A stretch of 64,000 bases of DNA from positions 192,001 to 256,000 of the forward strand of contig CBDCRP010000002.1 of NCBI GenBank assembly GCA_965221165.1, in the 5' to 3' direction. Below are positions 9,852 through 18,805 of the stretch, piece after piece (position 1 is the first letter of the stretch; each line of letters opens with the position of its first letter). The position numbers were made by a program, and so were the translations under genes. A model generated the notes under the pieces. The model ran no database searches, had not been told where the DNA came from, and saw only the letters and a list, made by a program, of their open reading frames with translations. Source of the DNA: a bacterium (GTDB lineage: Bacteria; UBA8248).

Positions 9852-10685
9852 ATGTTCCAGTTTTTTATCGAACGCCGAAACATTGCCCTCCTCCTGGGGC
9901 TGTTTCTCGTCTGCTTCACGCTCATGACACTCAGCGTGCGCTTTCGGGGCCAATCCACTTTAATAGAGAGAGGGCTTTTGTCCCTCAGCGGAGCGGCCAT
10001 CCAGATGGCCGACACCCCCAGAAAATGGTCGGTCGAAGTCTGGCAAAAATACCTGCTCCTGAAGACCGCACAGGAAGAAAACGTCGTGTTGAAGCAAAAG
10101 CTGCAATCGCTCAATACGCATCATGCGCAGATACAGGAGTTGAAATCGGAAATCGCGCGTCTCGAGAAATTGCTTGGCGCTTCGAGGAATTTGGCGGCGC
10201 CCGTTCGCCTCGCGCGGATAGTGGCTCACGGCAAAAGCATCTATGGGCAATCGCTGATAGTGGACATCGGCTCGAAAGACGGCGCGCGCAAGAATATGCC
10301 GGTCATGCACCAGAGGGGACTCGTGGGGAGAATCTCCCGCGTGGGGAATAACGTGAGCCAGGTCTTGACCCTCCTCGACTCGAGAAGCGCGGTCAATGTC
10401 ATCGCGCAGCCCTCGCGCGCGCAAGGGGTTTTCTCCATTTCCTCGGCAGGAGAAGGCGAGGTGCGCTACATGCCGCTCGACATGGGAATCAAGAAAGGAG
10501 ACTTACTCGTTTCCTCCGGGTTGGGCGGTATTTTCCCAAAAGGATTCCCCGTGGCCCATATAACGCAGGTCATTGACGCGAATGGATTGTTTCCCAAAAT
10601 AAGGGCCAAGGCGATTGTAAATTTTTCTAACCTGGAAGAAGTGATGATCCTGATGACGAAGCCTAAGGAAAATCCCTGGAAATGA
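9852..10685 (+). CDS. mreC: Rod shape-determining protein MreC
   Basis: TM helix, coiled coil, GLVGRI and SSGLGGIFPKGFPV; follows mreB. Confidence 0.93.
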   Translation: MFQFFIERRNIALLLGLFLVCFTLMTLSVRFRGQSTLIERGLLSLSGAAIQMADTPRKWSVEVWQKYLLLKTAQEENVVLKQKLQSLNTHHAQIQELKSEIARLEKLLGASRNLAAPVRLARIVAHGKSIYGQSLIVDIGSKDGARKNMPVMHQRGLVGRISRVGNNVSQVLTLLDSRSAVNVIAQPSRAQGVFSISSAGEGEVRYMPLDMGIKKGDLLVSSGLGGIFPKGFPVAHITQVIDANGLFPKIRAKAIVNFSNLEEVMILMTKPKENPWK

Positions 10686-11203
10686 TTGTTTTATTTTATG
10701 CAATACTCGCCATCCTGGCTATCGCCTTTCACACGTCGGTGGCGCAATACTTTTCGGATTGGGTTAACGCCAGGCCGGATGCTATCCTTCTCACGACGGT
10801 CTTCCTGGGTCTGCATCGCCGTAGAGAAACGGGTCTCATCGGAGGATTCAGCCTCGGGATTTTTCAGGATGTGCTTTCAGGGGGTTTGTTGGGCTTCAAT
10901 GCGCTTCTGAAAGGGCTGATTGGTTATTACACGGGCCGCCTGAGACGCAACATGACGGCGCGAATCTTCTTTTTTCACTGCGCCGTGGTGTTTTTCGCCT
11001 CGGTATTCGATATTTTGTTTTCAGCGCTTCTCGTGCAAATATTTCTGCCCGCTCAATTTCTGACCATCAATTATTGGATAGAAGGAATCAAGACCGTGGG
11101 GTTGAATGTCGCGCTGGCGCCGTTTGTCATGAATTTTCTGGCCCAAATCGAACACAAAGTCTTCCCGTCCGGCACGGGCGCACCCTACGCAGAGCGATCC
11201 TGA
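10682..11203 (+). CDS. mreD: Rod shape-determining protein MreD
   Basis: Hydrophobic 173 aa with RPD...GFSLGIFQDVLSG; overlaps the mreC stop. Confidence 0.88.
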   Translation: MIVLFYAILAILAIAFHTSVAQYFSDWVNARPDAILLTTVFLGLHRRRETGLIGGFSLGIFQDVLSGGLLGFNALLKGLIGYYTGRLRRNMTARIFFFHCAVVFFASVFDILFSALLVQIFLPAQFLTINYWIEGIKTVGLNVALAPFVMNFLAQIEHKVFPSGTGAPYAERS

Positions 11204-11204
11204 G

Positions 11205-13106
11205 ATGAAAGAGTGGCAGGTCAATTCGAATCCCGAGGCGACCGACGCTCTCAGGCGCCGCGTTCTCATATTCGGCGCCTGCTTCGGCCTCATCCTCTTC
11301 GGCTTGTTCATCAGACTCTGGAACCTTCAGGTGATTCAGGGCGCAAAATTCCGATTCCTCTCCGAGGACAACCGGATCGCCTATCGCCTCGTGCAAAGTC
11401 CCAGGGGCATGGTGTTCGACTCGAAGGGAGAACTGCTTGCGGACAACCGCGCGTCGTTCAACATTTACATGATTCGGGAGAATGCGAAAAAATTAAAGCC
11501 GACCATTCGGGTGCTGGCCGAAATCACCGAACAATCCTTTAAGGAACTCGACAAGAAAGTCCGGCGCGCGAACCCATTCCGCCCATTTCTCATCAAGGCG
11601 GACATCAGTCGGAAAACCATGGCCTTCCTGGAAGAACACAAGCCCGATTATCCCGGCGTATTCGTTCAGGTGACGCCGCTCAGGCAATACCCCTCACAGG
11701 AGCAAGCGGGGCATCTTTTGGGTTATATGGGCGAGATTAACGACCGGCAGTTGCAACGCTTGAAAAAACAAAATTACCGGCAGGGAGATTTGCTGGGCAA
11801 ATACGGAATCGAGCGAACCCAGGAAAAATTCCTGCGCGGCAAAAGCGGTTTCAAGCAGGTGGAAGTAGACGCCTACGGGAGAGAATTGCGCGTCGTGCGC
11901 CCATTCGTGGAAAAACCCGGAAACAACGTCTACCTGACGATTGACCTGGAACTCCAGAAAAAGGCGGAGGAGTTGTTTGAACAACACGAAGGCAGCATCG
12001 TCGTCCTCGACCCATCGGATGGCGCCATTCTCGCCTTGGTCAGCAAGCCGTCATTGAATCCAACCATCTTCGCCGGCGGCATTGACGCCAAAACCTGGGA
12101 AACCCTCTCGAAAGACCCTCTGAAACCGCTCGAGAACCGGGCTACGCGAGGCCAATACCCCCCGGGCTCGATTTTCAAAATCTTGATGGGTTTCGCCATT
12201 CTGAACGAGAAAATCGTCGGTTCCAATGAAAAAATAAGCTGCCACGGCTCTTTCCAATTCGGGAAAAAACTATTTCGCGACTGGAAACAGGGCGGGCATG
12301 GACCTGTAGACTTCACGCAGTCCCTGGCCCAAAGTTGCGACGTCTACTACTACATTAACGGGAACAAGCTGGGCATCGAGAGAATCGCGCGTTACGCACG
12401 CATGTTCGGCCTGGGGTCGCCCACCGGCTTCGCCGCCGCCGAAAAAGGGGGCCTCGTGCCATCGGACGCGTGGAAGCGCCGCCGATTCAAGGAAAAATGG
12501 TATGACGGCGAGACAATCAGCGTGTCCATCGGCCAGGGCTTCAACCTCGTCACGCCCTTGCAGGCGGCCAACCTCATCGCCACGGTGGCGAACGGCGGTT
12601 ACCTCTGGAAACCGTATGTCGTGAAAAAAGTGCTGCGCACCGACGGCAGGCCGCTTTTCGAAGCCAAGCCCCGACTCATTCGCAAAATTCCGATATCACA
12701 AGAAATTTTCCAGAAAATTCGAGAAGGACTCAAAGAGGTCGTCCACGGCGAGCGGGGCACGGCGAAAAAAGCGCAGGTGCCGGGAATCTTCGTCGGCGGC
12801 AAGACGGGCACCGCCCAGACGGTCGACCTGAAATATACGGGCCGTAAAAGAAAGCCGGAAGAACTCCCGCGAAAATTCAGGGATCATGGATGGTTCGTCG
12901 CATTCGCTCCCTACGAGAATCCCACCATAGCCATCGCCATTCTAGGAGAAAATGCCGGCAGGCCGGGGTCATTTTTCACCCCATACGCCAAAGAACTGAT
13001 TTCCTTCCATCTCGAGAAAACCGGGCAACGGATTCTGGCCTCCGGCGCGGCGGATCGGGAAAAAACGAGCCCCTCGAACGTCCGGACGCCTGGAGAGCGC
13101 AGATGA
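11205..13106 (+). CDS. mrdA: Penicillin-binding protein 2
   Basis: TM anchor, PRG.VFD, SxxK (GSIFK), SCD and KTG motifs. Confidence 0.95.
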   Translation: MKEWQVNSNPEATDALRRRVLIFGACFGLILFGLFIRLWNLQVIQGAKFRFLSEDNRIAYRLVQSPRGMVFDSKGELLADNRASFNIYMIRENAKKLKPTIRVLAEITEQSFKELDKKVRRANPFRPFLIKADISRKTMAFLEEHKPDYPGVFVQVTPLRQYPSQEQAGHLLGYMGEINDRQLQRLKKQNYRQGDLLGKYGIERTQEKFLRGKSGFKQVEVDAYGRELRVVRPFVEKPGNNVYLTIDLELQKKAEELFEQHEGSIVVLDPSDGAILALVSKPSLNPTIFAGGIDAKTWETLSKDPLKPLENRATRGQYPPGSIFKILMGFAILNEKIVGSNEKISCHGSFQFGKKLFRDWKQGGHGPVDFTQSLAQSCDVYYYINGNKLGIERIARYARMFGLGSPTGFAAAEKGGLVPSDAWKRRRFKEKWYDGETISVSIGQGFNLVTPLQAANLIATVANGGYLWKPYVVKKVLRTDGRPLFEAKPRLIRKIPISQEIFQKIREGLKEVVHGERGTAKKAQVPGIFVGGKTGTAQTVDLKYTGRKRKPEELPRKFRDHGWFVAFAPYENPTIAIAILGENAGRPGSFFTPYAKELISFHLEKTGQRILASGAADREKTSPSNVRTPGERR

Positions 13107-14245
13107 AAGGCATCGTTCCTTCCCAATCATCCCCTTTTCGGCGAGCCGTCTCTCAGATGGACTGGCTGCTCCTTCTCACCACACTATTGCTCAGCTTGAC
13201 GGGCATTTTCATGATCTACAGCGCGATTCATTCCAACCCCGTTTTTCTGAAAAATTCCCTGCACCTCAAACAAGCGCTGTGGTCATCCATCGGATTGGGC
13301 ATATTACTTTGCATTCTCTTTATCGACTACCACATTTTTACGCAATGGGCCTATCTTTTTTACGCCCTCGTCATCGTTCTGCTCATCGGCGTCCTCTTCT
13401 CGGGCCAGGTGGTCTACGGCGCGAAACGCTGGCTCGTTTTCGGGCCCTTTCGCCTGCAACCCTCCGAATTTGCGCGCCTGGCGGTCATTCTCGTGTTCGC
13501 CAGGTACTTCGGCTCTCGCGGAGAGGAAGAGCCCGTCGGCTTCAAAGAGCTTCTCGCGCCATTTCTTCTGGCTGTCGCGCCCGTGCTGCTGATTGTGAAA
13601 CAACCCGATTTGGGCACCGGGCTCACGGTCCTCCTCATATCGGGAGCCATGATCCTGGCCGTTGGCGTCAAAAGAAGAGTCATCATCACCATGGGAAGCA
13701 TGGCGGTCGCGTGCGCGCCCCTGGGCTGGTTTTTTCTCAAGGACTATCAACGCCGCCGCATATTGACGCTCCTCGACCCCGAGGCCGACCCCCTCGGCGC
13801 GGGATACCAGAGCATGCAAAGCATCATCGCCGTTGGCAGCGGGGAAATCTGGGGCAAGGGGCTTCTCCAGGGCACCCAGAGCAGGCTTCATTTCCTGCCG
13901 GAGAAACACACCGATTTTATTTTTTCCGTACTAAGCGAGGAACTGGGTTTTATCGGCAGCGCCACCGTGTTGGCGTTGTTCTTCATTTTTATTTTACGGT
14001 GCCTGAGCGCGGCGCTGAACGCCGCCGACAAGGAAGGCGCGCTGCTCGCCGTAGGCATCACCACGGCGTTTTTCCTCTACATGATATTCAATATCGGAAT
14101 GACGCTCGGCCTGATGCCCATCGTCGGAATTCCGCTTCCGCTGGTCAGTTACGGGGGAAGCGCCTCCATCTCATCTTTCATCGCCATCGCCCTGGTCTTG
14201 AACGTCAGCATGAGAAGAAAAAGCCTCACTCCCCTGTTCGGCTAG
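13103..14245 (+). CDS. rodA: SEDS peptidoglycan polymerase RodA
   Basis: GAKRWL, LQPSEF, QPDLGT, LPEKHTDFIFS and PLVSYGGS. ATG at 13103 overlaps the mrdA stop (the track ORF starts at 12890). Confidence 0.95.
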   Translation: MKGIVPSQSSPFRRAVSQMDWLLLLTTLLLSLTGIFMIYSAIHSNPVFLKNSLHLKQALWSSIGLGILLCILFIDYHIFTQWAYLFYALVIVLLIGVLFSGQVVYGAKRWLVFGPFRLQPSEFARLAVILVFARYFGSRGEEEPVGFKELLAPFLLAVAPVLLIVKQPDLGTGLTVLLISGAMILAVGVKRRVIITMGSMAVACAPLGWFFLKDYQRRRILTLLDPEADPLGAGYQSMQSIIAVGSGEIWGKGLLQGTQSRLHFLPEKHTDFIFSVLSEELGFIGSATVLALFFIFILRCLSAALNAADKEGALLAVGITTAFFLYMIFNIGMTLGLMPIVGIPLPLVSYGGSASISSFIAIALVLNVSMRRKSLTPLFG

Positions 14246-14252
14246 CCTGCCC

Positions 14253-15716
14253 TTATTCTCCAGTTTCCTTCTCTCCCGGTGGCGGGGACGCGAAACTATT
14301 GCCGATGGCGATGACGGCGTCGCGCCCGCCGTGTCGCTCGACCAGCGCCGCCTGCTCCGCTTTCGCGCGCCTATCCACCTCATCCGGGTCGAGGATGCGC
14401 AAAAGACGCGCTTCCAAATCCGAAAGGACGGATTGATGCGCAGGACTTCGGGAGATGTCGTGGCGTTCTTCGGGGTCGTCTTCCAGATCGAATAGTTCGG
14501 GGTCGTGCCCCACGTAGTGGATATACTTGTAGCGTCCGCGACGAATCATGAACAATCCCGTTTTGGCGCCGAGCGCATGGAATTCACTGAAAATCTCGCG
14601 CTCCGAATCATCCGGTTCGTTCGCGATTCGGAACAACGAGGCGCCGTGCAGCCCCTCGTCCTCCTCACTCTCCAAAAGGCCGGCGCCATCGAGCGCGGTC
14701 GGATACAAATCGATGAGCGAGACCGGCGTTCGCGATACCTCCCCCCTCGGAAGGTCCGGGCCGGAGACGATGAGAGGGACGGCGACGGATTCTTCATACA
14801 TGGTGGATTTTCCCCAAAGACCACGCTCGCCCAGGTTGTCGCCATGGTCGCTGGCGAAGAGCACGCGCGTATTTTCCCCAAATCCCGATTCTTCCAGGGC
14901 GTTCAGGATTTTTCCGACGTTCGAATCCACATAGCTGATCATGGCGAAATAAGACGCCAGGGCGACCCGGCGCTTATGGTCATCGAAATACACGTCATAA
15001 GGGGCGCATTCGTGAAGCGCCGCAATCCAGGGGTGCCAATCGTAGCCACCAGAGGAGTGCGGCCTGGGGAGCGGGATATCTTCCGGCGGATAGAGGTCAT
15101 AAAACCCGGGCGGCCCGATGAAGGGAAAATGCGGACACGTGAGGGAGACGAACAATGCCCAGGGGCGCCCAACGTATTTCGGCGCTTCCCGGGCAAGCCA
15201 TTCGCAGGCCAAATCCGTGACTTGTCCGTCATACGCAATGTATTGGGAATCTCCCGGCCCGATGCGCTCGGCCATCCACTCCGGATGGTTCCTGGGCGGC
15301 AAGCCTTTCTCATCCCGAACCGCGCTGAAAATATCGCCCACCCCCCCCTTGGGTAAATGCAGGGGGATGATCTGCTCGTCGAAACCGGCGGGGAATTCGG
15401 CGTTTCGGTAATGAAGCTTGCCGACCGATGTGGTTCTCACGCCGTTTTCCTGCAGACGGTGGCCCCAACTCGGGGGTGCTCCCTCATAAGGGTGCGCATT
15501 GTCCCAGGCGCTGATTTCGTGCACATACCTGCCCGTGGCGAAACTCGCGCGCGCCGGCGCGCAGATGGGGCAGTTCGTGTAGGCGCTCTCAAAGCGCGTG
15601 CCCGACGCAGCGAGCGCATCGAGGTTCGGCGTCTTGACGAGGGGATGGCCATAGCAACCCAGGGTATTCCGGGTGTGTTCATCGTCCATCAGGAGCAAAA
15701 AATTCATCGGCTTCAT
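14253..15716 (-). CDS. Cys-type sulfatase (choline-sulfatase-like)
   Basis: NFLLLMDDEH, CAPAR (CxPxR), GKLH, SDHG and KSTMYEES motifs. ATG at 15716 with GAGGAG RBS. Confidence 0.9.
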   Translation of the reverse strand: MKPMNFLLLMDDEHTRNTLGCYGHPLVKTPNLDALAASGTRFESAYTNCPICAPARASFATGRYVHEISAWDNAHPYEGAPPSWGHRLQENGVRTTSVGKLHYRNAEFPAGFDEQIIPLHLPKGGVGDIFSAVRDEKGLPPRNHPEWMAERIGPGDSQYIAYDGQVTDLACEWLAREAPKYVGRPWALFVSLTCPHFPFIGPPGFYDLYPPEDIPLPRPHSSGGYDWHPWIAALHECAPYDVYFDDHKRRVALASYFAMISYVDSNVGKILNALEESGFGENTRVLFASDHGDNLGERGLWGKSTMYEESVAVPLIVSGPDLPRGEVSRTPVSLIDLYPTALDGAGLLESEEDEGLHGASLFRIANEPDDSEREIFSEFHALGAKTGLFMIRRGRYKYIHYVGHDPELFDLEDDPEERHDISRSPAHQSVLSDLEARLLRILDPDEVDRRAKAEQAALVERHGGRDAVIAIGNSFASPPPGEKETGE

Positions 15717-15982
15717 CCGCGAAACTCCTCGAGTTGACAAAAAATCCTGAAAATTCGTGAAAGAATAATATCTCCTAAAATACGGGATTGGGAAATACAT
15801 CTCCCCGCACATCACGCCGAAACGCCCCTTCCCACATTCCTTGGTTGCTTATTCCGCACATATACTTCAGTATGTGAAAATCCGTTCGCCCAGGCCCCCG
15901 AGATACAAGGCGCAGGCCGGTGAACAGAGGTAGAATATATCGCCCTTCGCATATGGCGAGAGGCTTTAACAGGTCGAACATA

Positions 15983-18805
15983 ATGAATTTAGACTACGCA
16001 CGGGACGTTTTCCCTTTCGTCCAGAAACCTTCGCGTTATCTGGGGAACGAGGTCAACGCGATCCATAAAGACCTCGCCGAGGTCAGGAGTCGTGTAGCCT
16101 TGGCCTTCCCGGATACCTATGAAGTCGGCATGTCGCACAACGGCATCCGCATACTCTATCACCTCCTGAACGCGGATGAAGACGTTGCGGCGGAGCGCGT
16201 TTTTCTCCCCTGGAATGATTACGAAGCCATTCTGAGAAGCAAAAACGCATTGCTGACCACGCTGGAGAGCCGGACGCCCGTCCGGGAATTTCATATTCTG
16301 GGAATATCGCTTCTATACGAACTGGCCGCCAGCAACATCGTAGTGCTGCTCGATTTGGCCGGCATACCCAGGCGCACCGCCCAAAGGCGCAAGCAAGACC
16401 CGCTCGTCATCGCAGGCGGCCCCGTGACGTTCAACGTAGAGCCGATGGCGCCTTTCTTCGACGCCGTCGCCCTCGGGGACGGTGAAGAGCTGTTCCCCGA
16501 AGTCATCAAAGTGCACGAAAAGTGGCGAGAGACGAACGAGCCGAGAGAAACGCTGCTGGAGATGCTCGAGGAGATTGACGGCATTTACGTTCCGAGCCGC
16601 TACGTGGTCGAGTACGACCCCACCGACGAGGTGAAAAGCTTCCACCACGTCACCGGACATCAAGAACCCGTATTGGCGCGCGTACTGGAGGATTTGAACA
16701 ATTCGCCCCACCCCACGCAGCCCATTATTCCCTATACCCAGGTCGTGCACGATCGGGTAACGCTCGAGGTTCAGCGCGGATGCACGAGGGGATGCCGGTT
16801 TTGTCACGCAGGAATGGTCTATCGCCCCGTGCGGGATCGGGATCCGCACAAGGTTCTCGAACTTGCGGAAGAATCCCTCAAAAATACGGGTTATGAAGAA
16901 ATCAGCCTCTCATCGTTGTGCATCGCCGATTATCAACCCCTGAAAGGGCTGGTTCCCCGCATGATGGAGCGCCTCGCCCCCATGCAGACCTCCATTTCCC
17001 TGCCTTCCCTTCGCGTGGGAGCGATGAGCCCGGACCTGTTGGCCCAAATCGCGCGCGTGCGCCGCACGGGGTTCACTCTGGTGCCGGAAGCGGGCAGCGA
17101 GCGTCTGCGAAACGTCATCAACAAGGTATTGACCGAAGCGGATCTCAAGCGAAACCTTCAGGATATCCTCGATACCGGCTGGCCGGGCGTGAAATTCTAT
17201 TTCATGCTCGGTCTTCCCACCGAGAATTTCGACGACTTGCAAGAAATGGCGAACATGCTCACCTCCTGCATGAGAATGCGCTCACGGGAAACGGGCGAAC
17301 CATTCCGCTTCATGAACGTCAGCCTTTCCACTTTCGTGCCGAAGCCACATACGCCGTTCCAGTGGTTTCCTCAAAACACGAAAGAAGAAATCAGGGAAAA
17401 ACTCGATTTCATCAAACGGGCGGTGCCCGATCGGAGAATCAAGCTGCACTGGTCGAACCCCAAGCACAGTTTTTTGGAGGCCGTCATCTCGAAAGGCGAT
17501 CGCCGCCAGGCGGACGCCATCGAAACAGCGGTCGACATGGGGTGCAAATTCGATGGCTGGATGGAGTTTTTCGATTACGAAAAGTGGATGGCCGCCTTCA
17601 AAACCCATGGCCTCGACCCGGAGTGGTACGCTTACCGCGAAATACCGGAAGACGCGCCCCTGCCCTGGGACCATCTCGACTGCGGGGTGACGAAGGAGTA
17701 TCAGCTCGCCGACTGGAAACGATCCCTGCGGGAAGTCACCATCGGCGATTGCCGCTATGAGGCATGCGGCCAATGCGGCATTCTGGATAAATACAAGGGC
17801 ATCAAATACCATTATGAAAAACCCATGCCCCTCGAAAATTCCTCCCTGCCCATCATCAACGGGCCGGCGAGGACGGGCGACGCCCTTCAGGCGGCGGATT
17901 TGGCTCCCGGTCAGGACATCCCTCCCGCAGAGCCGGTAGAACTCGCAATCGCCAAAACCCGATTGAACCCGAGGCGGCCCAAGCAAAAACGGCGCAAAAA
18001 CATCGTTCGCGAATCCGGACCCGTCCCGGTAGGTTTCGAGGGCGCCCACGACGACAACCCCGGCCTCGCCGAGGAGCAGCCGGACGCGCCCATCCGCAAA
18101 TTCAGATTCATCTATGAAAAATCCGGCGATCTCCGTTTTTTGAGCCACCTGGAGATTCTGAGGACTTTCATCCGCGCGATTCAGCGCGCGGGCTATCGCC
18201 TCGAACATTCCAGGGGGTTCAACCCGCATCCGAAAATCGTTTTCTCCCATGCGCTTCCCGTGGGCGTGGAGAGCCGGGCGGAAGTGGTCGATTTCTCGCT
18301 TCTGGAGACCAACGGACAAATTCGGTTGCGTGATTTGTTCAAAAACCTGAAACGAGAACTCCCCCGAGGCCTCAAGCCACGCTCGGGCCGGCGCATCGAG
18401 GGAAAAGCGCCTTCATCGGCCAATGCGCTGAGGGCCGCGACGTATGAGGTATCCTTGTTACGAGAAGATTTGGTCTCGCCGGAACCGCCGGATTCACATA
18501 TCGGAACCGCCATCGAAGATTTCATGAATGAGAAAAGCATTGAAATATCGCGCGAGCACAAAGGGAAAATAAAACATTTCGACGCGCGGCCATCCATTGT
18601 TCGCTTTTCGCTCGAACCATCGACAGACTCCGCGGTTCGCCTGCACCTCACGCTGCGCTATGGCGATGGGATGAAACCGAAAGTAACGGAAATACTCGCC
18701 AGGTGCTTCGGGCTGTCTCCCGAGGCATGCCTGAGGGCCCGGATTCGGAAAATTTCCGTTCACTGGAGAGTGGGAGCTTACCGCGTGACTGCTAATGCCG
18801 TCTGA
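15983..18805 (+). CDS. B12-binding radical SAM protein (TIGR03960-like) fused to a C-terminal DUF2344/TIGR03936-like domain
   Basis: KPSRYLGNE, AFPDTYEVGMS, CxxxCxxC (CTRGCRFC) and FVPKPHTPFQW. C-terminal K.GDLRFLSHLE...SRGFNPHPKI..ALPVG. Likely ATG at 15983. Confidence 0.88.
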   Translation: MNLDYARDVFPFVQKPSRYLGNEVNAIHKDLAEVRSRVALAFPDTYEVGMSHNGIRILYHLLNADEDVAAERVFLPWNDYEAILRSKNALLTTLESRTPVREFHILGISLLYELAASNIVVLLDLAGIPRRTAQRRKQDPLVIAGGPVTFNVEPMAPFFDAVALGDGEELFPEVIKVHEKWRETNEPRETLLEMLEEIDGIYVPSRYVVEYDPTDEVKSFHHVTGHQEPVLARVLEDLNNSPHPTQPIIPYTQVVHDRVTLEVQRGCTRGCRFCHAGMVYRPVRDRDPHKVLELAEESLKNTGYEEISLSSLCIADYQPLKGLVPRMMERLAPMQTSISLPSLRVGAMSPDLLAQIARVRRTGFTLVPEAGSERLRNVINKVLTEADLKRNLQDILDTGWPGVKFYFMLGLPTENFDDLQEMANMLTSCMRMRSRETGEPFRFMNVSLSTFVPKPHTPFQWFPQNTKEEIREKLDFIKRAVPDRRIKLHWSNPKHSFLEAVISKGDRRQADAIETAVDMGCKFDGWMEFFDYEKWMAAFKTHGLDPEWYAYREIPEDAPLPWDHLDCGVTKEYQLADWKRSLREVTIGDCRYEACGQCGILDKYKGIKYHYEKPMPLENSSLPIINGPARTGDALQAADLAPGQDIPPAEPVELAIAKTRLNPRRPKQKRRKNIVRESGPVPVGFEGAHDDNPGLAEEQPDAPIRKFRFIYEKSGDLRFLSHLEILRTFIRAIQRAGYRLEHSRGFNPHPKIVFSHALPVGVESRAEVVDFSLLETNGQIRLRDLFKNLKRELPRGLKPRSGRRIEGKAPSSANALRAATYEVSLLREDLVSPEPPDSHIGTAIEDFMNEKSIEISREHKGKIKHFDARPSIVRFSLEPSTDSAVRLHLTLRYGDGMKPKVTEILARCFGLSPEACLRARIRKISVHWRVGAYRVTANAV

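Noticed and set aside
15341-15348. C8 homopolymer in the sulfatase as a phase-variation tract
   Set aside because: It is short and in frame, and unremarkable in GC-rich DNA.
14253-18805. Radical SAM protein as maturase (anSME) for the adjacent sulfatase
   Set aside because: It has an N-terminal B12-type region and a DUF2344-like tail rather than a SPASM domain. Its context fits the rodA-rng neighbourhood.
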